Positions 58,890 through 64,000 of a DNA stretch of 64,000 nucleotides are shown here, piece by piece (the stretch's first letter is position 1; every line of letters begins with the position of its first letter). Below the pieces are notes generated by a model. It saw only the letters and a list, made by a program, of their open reading frames with translations. It ran no database searches and was not told the DNA's origin. The position numbers and the translations under genes are program-made. Source of the stretch: Chloroflexota bacterium (lineage in GTDB: Bacteria > Chloroflexota > UBA11872 > VXOZ01); NCBI GenBank assembly GCA_963662335.2, contig CAXXVD010000003.1:384001-448000 (forward strand), given 5' to 3'.

Positions 58890-59534
58890 CTAGCCAAACC
58901 GGGAGCGCAGTTTCGCCCAGCGCGTGTGGGCGTGGACGAACCAGGGACTTTGGCGCTTTACCAGGCGGCCGGCGCGCAGGGAGTCGAGGAAGGACTGCGG
59001 CGAATCGAAGCCGTCCATCTCGACGTAGGCGCGGCCTAATTCCTGCGCGGTGTGGGAGTCGCTGCCCGCCGCCGGTATCAGGCCGTGCTCGGCGGCCAGC
59101 ATTTCACCGCGCCGGTTGTCGCGGGCGAAGGCCGTGCGCGCGTTGAAGACCTCGATGATGTCCACCTGCGGCAGGATGCGCATGAGGGCCGCTTCCGTGA
59201 GACGCGAGCGGCGGAAACGGTCGAACGGGTGCGGGATCATCACCAGGCCCTGCTGGTCGCGGATGCGCCGGATCGTCTCTTCCGGCGTGAGGCCCCGTGG
59301 AATGTCCTCGTGGAGAAAGAGGCCGATGATCTCGCCCTCAACGGTCTTTATCTCGTTGCCGACGATGATGCGCAGCGGCGCCCACTCGCGCAAGGCCAGC
59401 GCCCCGGCCATGGTGTTGTGGTCCGTCACCGCCACGCAGTCGATGCCAGCGCGCTGCCAACCGGCCACCGCGTCCGCCAGCGCCAGTTCGGAATCCGACG
59501 AGTATTCTGTGTGGGTATGCAGATCGACGCGCAC
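58890..59534 (-). CDS. PHP domain phosphoesterase
   Basis: DLHTHT, TDHN, PHP, GSDSH. Confidence 0.92.
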   Translation of the reverse strand: MRVDLHTHTEYSSDSELALADAVAGWQRAGIDCVAVTDHNTMAGALALREWAPLRIIVGNEIKTVEGEIIGLFLHEDIPRGLTPEETIRRIRDQQGLVMIPHPFDRFRRSRLTEAALMRILPQVDIIEVFNARTAFARDNRRGEMLAAEHGLIPAAGSDSHTAQELGRAYVEMDGFDSPQSFLDSLRAGRLVKRQSPWFVHAHTRWAKLRSRFG

Positions 59535-59659
59535 CGTTGCCTCGCTCCCGCGTTCGCTCCGTCATGCCGGCGGAAGACGGCGACCAGAGAAGCGTTTACA
59601 GTTCCCCATAGCTAGCCGCCACGCCTTTTCACCCCCATCCCGGCCTTCCCATCGAGGGG

Positions 59660-59820
59660 CTGACAGGGGTATGTATTCTATGATCGACTTCACCTGTCAT
59701 TCCGAACGGAGCGCAGCGGAGTGTCGAACCCTGTTCGCGGAATCTAAAGCACAGCCCTGCAAAATCAGCAGCTTTAGATTCCTCGCTGCGCTCGGAATGA
59801 CATTTACATACCCCTGTCAG
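59660..59820. mobile_element. MITE copy 3 (161 bp)
   Basis: TIR CTGACAGGGGTATGTA / TACATACCCCTGTCAG; flanks CCCATCGAGGGG / CCCATTGAGGAG. Confidence 0.85.
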
Positions 59821-60908
59821 CCCATTGAGGAGGAAGGGGGTTCGCAATGGTCTCCAGAGGGAGAGGGAACGGAGTCGTAGCCCTGTGGATGCCGTTGCAG
59901 CCAGTCCCACGCGCTGCCGATGATGCTTTCCAGGTCCGAGAGCGCCGGTTCCCAGCCCAACTCGCGGCGGATATTCGCGGCGCTGGCCAGGGAGGCGGGC
60001 GCGTCGCCGGGACGGCGCGGGCACGCCCGCACGGGGATGGGCCGGCCGGTTACCCGGCGCGCGGTCTCGATGACTTCCAAGTTGGTCGCGCCGCGCTCGC
60101 TGCCAATATTGTAGATCGTGACTCCGCTCGCGCCGTCGCTTGCGTAAGAGGAAGCCCTCGCATCCCCTCTCCCTCGAGGGAGAGGATGATTCGCCGCCCC
60201 CTCCAAAGCCAGCGCATGCGCCTGCGCCAGGTCGCGCACGTGGATGTAGTCTCGGCTGGCGGTACCGTCGCGGGTTGGGTAGTCCGTGCCGTAGAGGTCC
60301 AGATGCGGCCGCGCGCCTTGCGCCACCTGCAGCACAATGGGAATCAGGTGGCTCTCCGGCCGGTGGTCTTCCCCGCAGCGAACCGTCGCGCCCGCGGCGT
60401 TGAAGAAGCGGAAGAGCGTGGCCGCAAGCCCGTGCGCCTGCGCGTACCACCCGATGATGCGTTCCACCTGATGCTTGCTCTCGCTGTAGGGGTTGAGCGG
60501 GTCGAGCGGATGGTCTTCCGCGATGGGCAGCGACTGCGGCGCGCCGTAGACGCCGGCCGTGGACGAGAAGACGACGTGGGGCACGTCCGCCGCGAGCATG
60601 GCATCCAACACGTTCAGAGTATTGGCGGCGTTGTTGCGGAAGTACTTGCCGGGGGCGGTCATCGACTCACCCATCTGGATGTAGGCCGCCATGTGCGCCA
60701 CCGCGTCCGGCGCGGCGGCGCACATGGCCGCGCGCAGCCCGGCGGCGTCCGCCGTGTCACCCTCCACCAGCGCGGCGCGCGGGTCAACCGCCGCGCGGTG
60801 GCCAGTCTCGAAGCTATCGTACACCACCACGTCGTGGCCGCCGTCCAAGAGCGTCTCGGTCACGACACTGCCGATGTAGCCCGCGCCGCCGGTAACCAAG
60901 ACTCTCAC
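59817..60908 (-). CDS. galE: UDP-glucose 4-epimerase GalE with a palindrome-derived insertion
   Basis: TGGAGYIGS, FSSTA, YSESK, FNAAGA, RDYIHV. Confidence 0.95.
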   Translation of the reverse strand: MRVLVTGGAGYIGSVVTETLLDGGHDVVVYDSFETGHRAAVDPRAALVEGDTADAAGLRAAMCAAAPDAVAHMAAYIQMGESMTAPGKYFRNNAANTLNVLDAMLAADVPHVVFSSTAGVYGAPQSLPIAEDHPLDPLNPYSESKHQVERIIGWYAQAHGLAATLFRFFNAAGATVRCGEDHRPESHLIPIVLQVAQGARPHLDLYGTDYPTRDGTASRDYIHVRDLAQAHALALEGAANHPLPRGRGDARASSYASDGASGVTIYNIGSERGATNLEVIETARRVTGRPIPVRACPRRPGDAPASLASAANIRRELGWEPALSDLESIIGSAWDWLQRHPQGYDSVPSPSGDHCEPPSSSMG

Positions 60909-61029
60909 CTACAACGCCTCCGCCGACCAATACCGGTTTCGCTGGCCTTCCACAATCATAACGTCCTCGATCGGGACGGTTTCCAAAGGCATTATTCGCC
61001 TCTCGCCCCGTAGCGCGGAGGCTTGTCCC

Positions 61030-61786
61030 CAATGTTGTCGCATTGAAGTGAAGGGGCTACTTTAGTAAGGTAATGAGCGACAAATCTTACAAAGGAACCC
61101 TGGTAATGGTAGCACAGACAGCGGGAGTGGGGCGGCGGTTGTGGCGCGGCAGGTGGCAGCGCGGGGGTCGGCGCAGTTGCGGCAGGTGGTGGCGGTGGAC
61201 GGGAGTTTTCTGACGTTGAGCGCGGCGTGCAGTCCGTGGAGCGTACACAAAAGGCATGAAGCAGGGGTACGGGTGCAGATGGCGTATGCCGTGGGGATGC
61301 AGGTACCGACGCGGTTACAGGTGACGCTGGCGGACGTGAATGACGTGACGGCGTTCAAGGGCTGGGAGTTGACGCCGTGGCGCGGCTGGGCGGTCTTGCT
61401 GGACGTGGGCTACTACGCGCATCGGGTCTTTCGCGGATGCGGACGGCCGGTGTGCATTTCGTGACGCGGCTGCACCCGCAGGCCGCTTACCGGGTGGTGC
61501 GGCTCTATCGCAAGCGCTGGCAGATCGAATTGTTCCTCCGCTGGTTGAAGCATGTGTTGGGCGACTTCGTCGAAGACGGCGCAATCCGTCCCTTTGGACA
61601 CAGCCCGCTGCCGTCCACCTCACCTTGGTGTTCGCCATCTTCAACGAAGTCGCCAGCATCGTGGCCGTGCTGGCACAACTCTTGGAACAACTGCGCCCAC
61701 ATGGCGTCTCCCGCATCTGGTGGTTGCGGGTGCTGGCCGTCACCTTGCGCAGCGCACTCCGCCTAGCGGTTAATGCGACAGCATTG
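61030..61786 (+). mobile_element. Degenerate IS4-family element with a deleted and frameshifted transposase, inserted in REP-A
   Basis: IRs CAATGTTGTCGCATTGA / TTAATGCGACAGCATTG; VDGS, LDVGY, FVTR and YRKRWQIELFLRWLK (YREK) fragments in different frames. Confidence 0.88.
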
Positions 61787-61861
61787 GGGGACGAGCCGCC
61801 GCGCTACACGGCAGATATTTGGGCTGGGGCGCGCGGTGTGACGTCGCATGGCAACCACTGC

Positions 61862-62860
61862 CTAGTCAACAAGCAGGCACACCCGCTGGCCGCTCTCTGA
61901 CGCCGCGTAGATGGCTTGGACTATGGCCACCGCCCGCTTGCCGTCATCGCCGGTGACGGACGGTTCGCGCCCTTCCAATATGCTGGCCGCGAACTCGCCG
62001 TCCTCGCGCACGAACTGGCTGCGGTCCTGGGGAAACGTGTGGGTCTCCCATTCAGCAGCCTCCGCCGTCGCCACTTTGAGATGCCGCCAGGTGGCGATTT
62101 CCATGGCGCCGGCGGCGCCGGTGACCGCAGCGCGGCAGCGGCCCAGCACCGGCGGCGCGATGAGCGAAATCTCCATGGTCGCGGTGGCGCCGTTGGCGAA
62201 TTCCAGGTGCGCCACGCCGTGGTCCTCGCCCTCGGTGCGCGCGCCGTAGTGCCCGACGCGGGCGGTGATCGCCGTCACCTCGGACCCGAGCCACCAGCGC
62301 AGGCGGTCCGCGCTATGCACGCCGTTGTCCATGAAGACGCCGCCGCCGGCCAGCGCGCGCACGCCGCGCCAGCCCATCTCCTTGTGGCGGTTGGGGGCCT
62401 GAATCGAGTCGTGAATATGGAGCACGTCGCCGATGGCCCCGGCCCGCAGCAGTGCCGCTGCCCGCAGGTGCTCGTGGATGAAGCGGTGGGTGTGGCCGAC
62501 CATCAGGTTCACGTTGCCGTCCCGGCAGGCGGCGCTGACGGCGTCGCACTCGGCCACGCTCACGCCCAGGGGCTTCTCGCAGAGCACGTGCTTGCCGGCC
62601 CGGGCCGCGGCGATCGCCGCTTCCGCGTGGAGCGCGTGGGGCAGGCAGATGATGACGGCGTCCACCGCCGGGTCGTCCAGCACGGCGCGGTAGTCGGTGT
62701 GAATGCGCGGGACGCCGTGTTCGTCCGCGTACGCGCGCACGGCGGCCTCATTCACGTCCGCCGCCGCCACGATTTGCGCTTGCGGCGTCGCCGCCACGCC
62801 CCGCGCGTGGGAGCGCGCGATGCCGCCGGTGCCGAGAATGCCGATGTTGACCGATTCCAT
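61862..62860 (-). CDS. Gfo/Idh/MocA oxidoreductase
   Basis: GTGGIA, GKHVLCEKP, GGGVFMDNGVH; GAGGAG RBS. Confidence 0.92.
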   Translation of the reverse strand: MESVNIGILGTGGIARSHARGVAATPQAQIVAAADVNEAAVRAYADEHGVPRIHTDYRAVLDDPAVDAVIICLPHALHAEAAIAAARAGKHVLCEKPLGVSVAECDAVSAACRDGNVNLMVGHTHRFIHEHLRAAALLRAGAIGDVLHIHDSIQAPNRHKEMGWRGVRALAGGGVFMDNGVHSADRLRWWLGSEVTAITARVGHYGARTEGEDHGVAHLEFANGATATMEISLIAPPVLGRCRAAVTGAAGAMEIATWRHLKVATAEAAEWETHTFPQDRSQFVREDGEFAASILEGREPSVTGDDGKRAVAIVQAIYAASESGQRVCLLVD

Positions 62861-63194
62861 ACCCGCTGCTCCTCTCACGGCAAGTCGTTTCACTGCGCCT
62901 CAACGGCGGCTGGAACGCGCGTACCGGCAGGCGAGCGCAGGTTTCAAACCTGCGCTACCGCTGACTCACCGGCGCGTTCCTTGCTCTATTCTATACGCAA
63001 TGCGCGGACGTGGGTGGGGCCTCTGCCGGCAGAGGGGTCAAACCGCGACGCACTCGTGCCGGCACGCCGGTGTGCTTGACGGCATAGCCGGTGACCGCTT
63101 ACGTTCTGCCTACGGCCCCTGTACTCTGCGAGAATGGGGCCGAGCCGCTCCAAGCGGGGACTCTGTCACTATGTTTCCCACCAAGTTGGCGCAC

Positions 63195-63223
63195 TTGACA
63201 CCATAGTCCGGGAGTGTTACTAT
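63195..63223 (+). promoter_or_regulatory. Near-consensus sigma70 promoter upstream of the second NYN gene
   Basis: TTGACA-17 bp-TACTAT. Confidence 0.75.
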
Positions 63224-63229
63224 CTCATT

Positions 63230-63290
63230 ACAGCCCCTGTCGCTTCGCCGGCAGGGTCGAGGCCGCTCTCGCAGCGGCCTCTGTCTCTTT
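63230..63290 (+). ncRNA. Putative structured leader RNA upstream of the NYN gene
   Basis: Two hairpins (about 63235-63256 and 63259-63281), possibly closed by ACAG/CTGT, then CTCTTT. Confidence 0.45.
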
Positions 63291-63312
63291 AAGGGGAGCA
63301 ACGGAGTGACCC

Positions 63313-63942
63313 GTGAAGACCAACGTCTACGTAGACGGCTTCAATCTCTATTACCGCGCGCTCAGGCATACACCATTCAAGTGGCTCGACTTGCGGAAAC
63401 TCGCCGGCACGCTCTTTCCGCAAGACTCTATCGACCACGTGTGTTACTTTACCGCACTACTCGATGCGCGCCCCGATGACCCCGGACAGCCCCGGCGGCA
63501 GTTGGTGTATCTGAGGGCCTTGGCAACACTGCCGGGCGTACAGGTCTACTACGGCACGTTTCGCTCCCGCGTCAAGCGCCGTCCGCTCGCCGCTCACGTA
63601 GCGGGACTGCCGGCGACCGTTCAGATACGAGATTCTGAAGAGAAGGGCTCGGACGTTAACCTGGTGACGCGGCTCTTGGTCGACGGGTTCAACCGGATGT
63701 ACGAGCAGGCTGTGGTCATTTCCAACGATGCGGACTTCGCGAGCGCGATACGCTACGTGCGAGAAGGATTGGGTCTCCACGTTACGGTAGTCAATCCTGA
63801 CTATGACAATTGGACTCACAAGGACTTGAAAGACGCGGCAACGTACGTCAAGCGCCTGTGGAAGAGCCATCTGCGTCGGAGCCAATTTCCGAGCACCCTG
63901 ACGGACATGCATGGAACCTTCAAGAAACCGCTGAGTTGGTAG
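63313..63942 (+). CDS. NYN/LabA-DUF88 (PIN-fold) RNase
   Basis: YVDGFNLYY, EEKGSDVN, SNDADF. Confidence 0.92.
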   Translation: MKTNVYVDGFNLYYRALRHTPFKWLDLRKLAGTLFPQDSIDHVCYFTALLDARPDDPGQPRRQLVYLRALATLPGVQVYYGTFRSRVKRRPLAAHVAGLPATVQIRDSEEKGSDVNLVTRLLVDGFNRMYEQAVVISNDADFASAIRYVREGLGLHVTVVNPDYDNWTHKDLKDAATYVKRLWKSHLRRSQFPSTLTDMHGTFKKPLSW

Positions 63943-64000
63943 CGCGCGTTGCAGAGGATCTTTGCGAGGGAGACCGCTTGCCGCACAATCGTAAGTAGTT

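Overview
A GC-rich bacterial chromosome segment. Gene content and repeat types suggest a Chloroflexota-like heterotroph, but that is inference. The backbone holds housekeeping genes (dnaB, rplI, rsmA, ybeY, hisH, hisA, murE, galE, a DciA/DUF721 gene, tRNA-Gln) and paralog-rich catabolic genes: four PhyH dioxygenases, two DgoD-like dehydratases, two SDRs, two Gfo/Idh/MocA oxidoreductases, UxuA, a GH32 and three stand-alone Tat solute-binding lipoproteins. Small, mostly AT-richer conflict islets interrupt it. The strongest candidate for a new system is a tightly coupled four-gene operon at 35537-40377: SMC/DndD-like ABC ATPase, winged-helix protein, PD-(D/E)xK nuclease and SPPY DNA methyltransferase. 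It resembles ABC-3C/Lamassu systems but carries its own methyltransferase. A second candidate is two divergent NYN-RNase genes, each preceded by a sigma70-like promoter and a short, highly structured leader RNA, an arrangement reminiscent of RNA-antitoxin systems. Also present are an apparently orphan c-di-AMP riboswitch, several REP families (some in frame inside ybeY and galE), a REP-targeting IS4 remnant with solo-end scars, and a 147-bp MITE with 11-12 bp target-site duplications. All calls come from motif recognition by eye; no searches were run.
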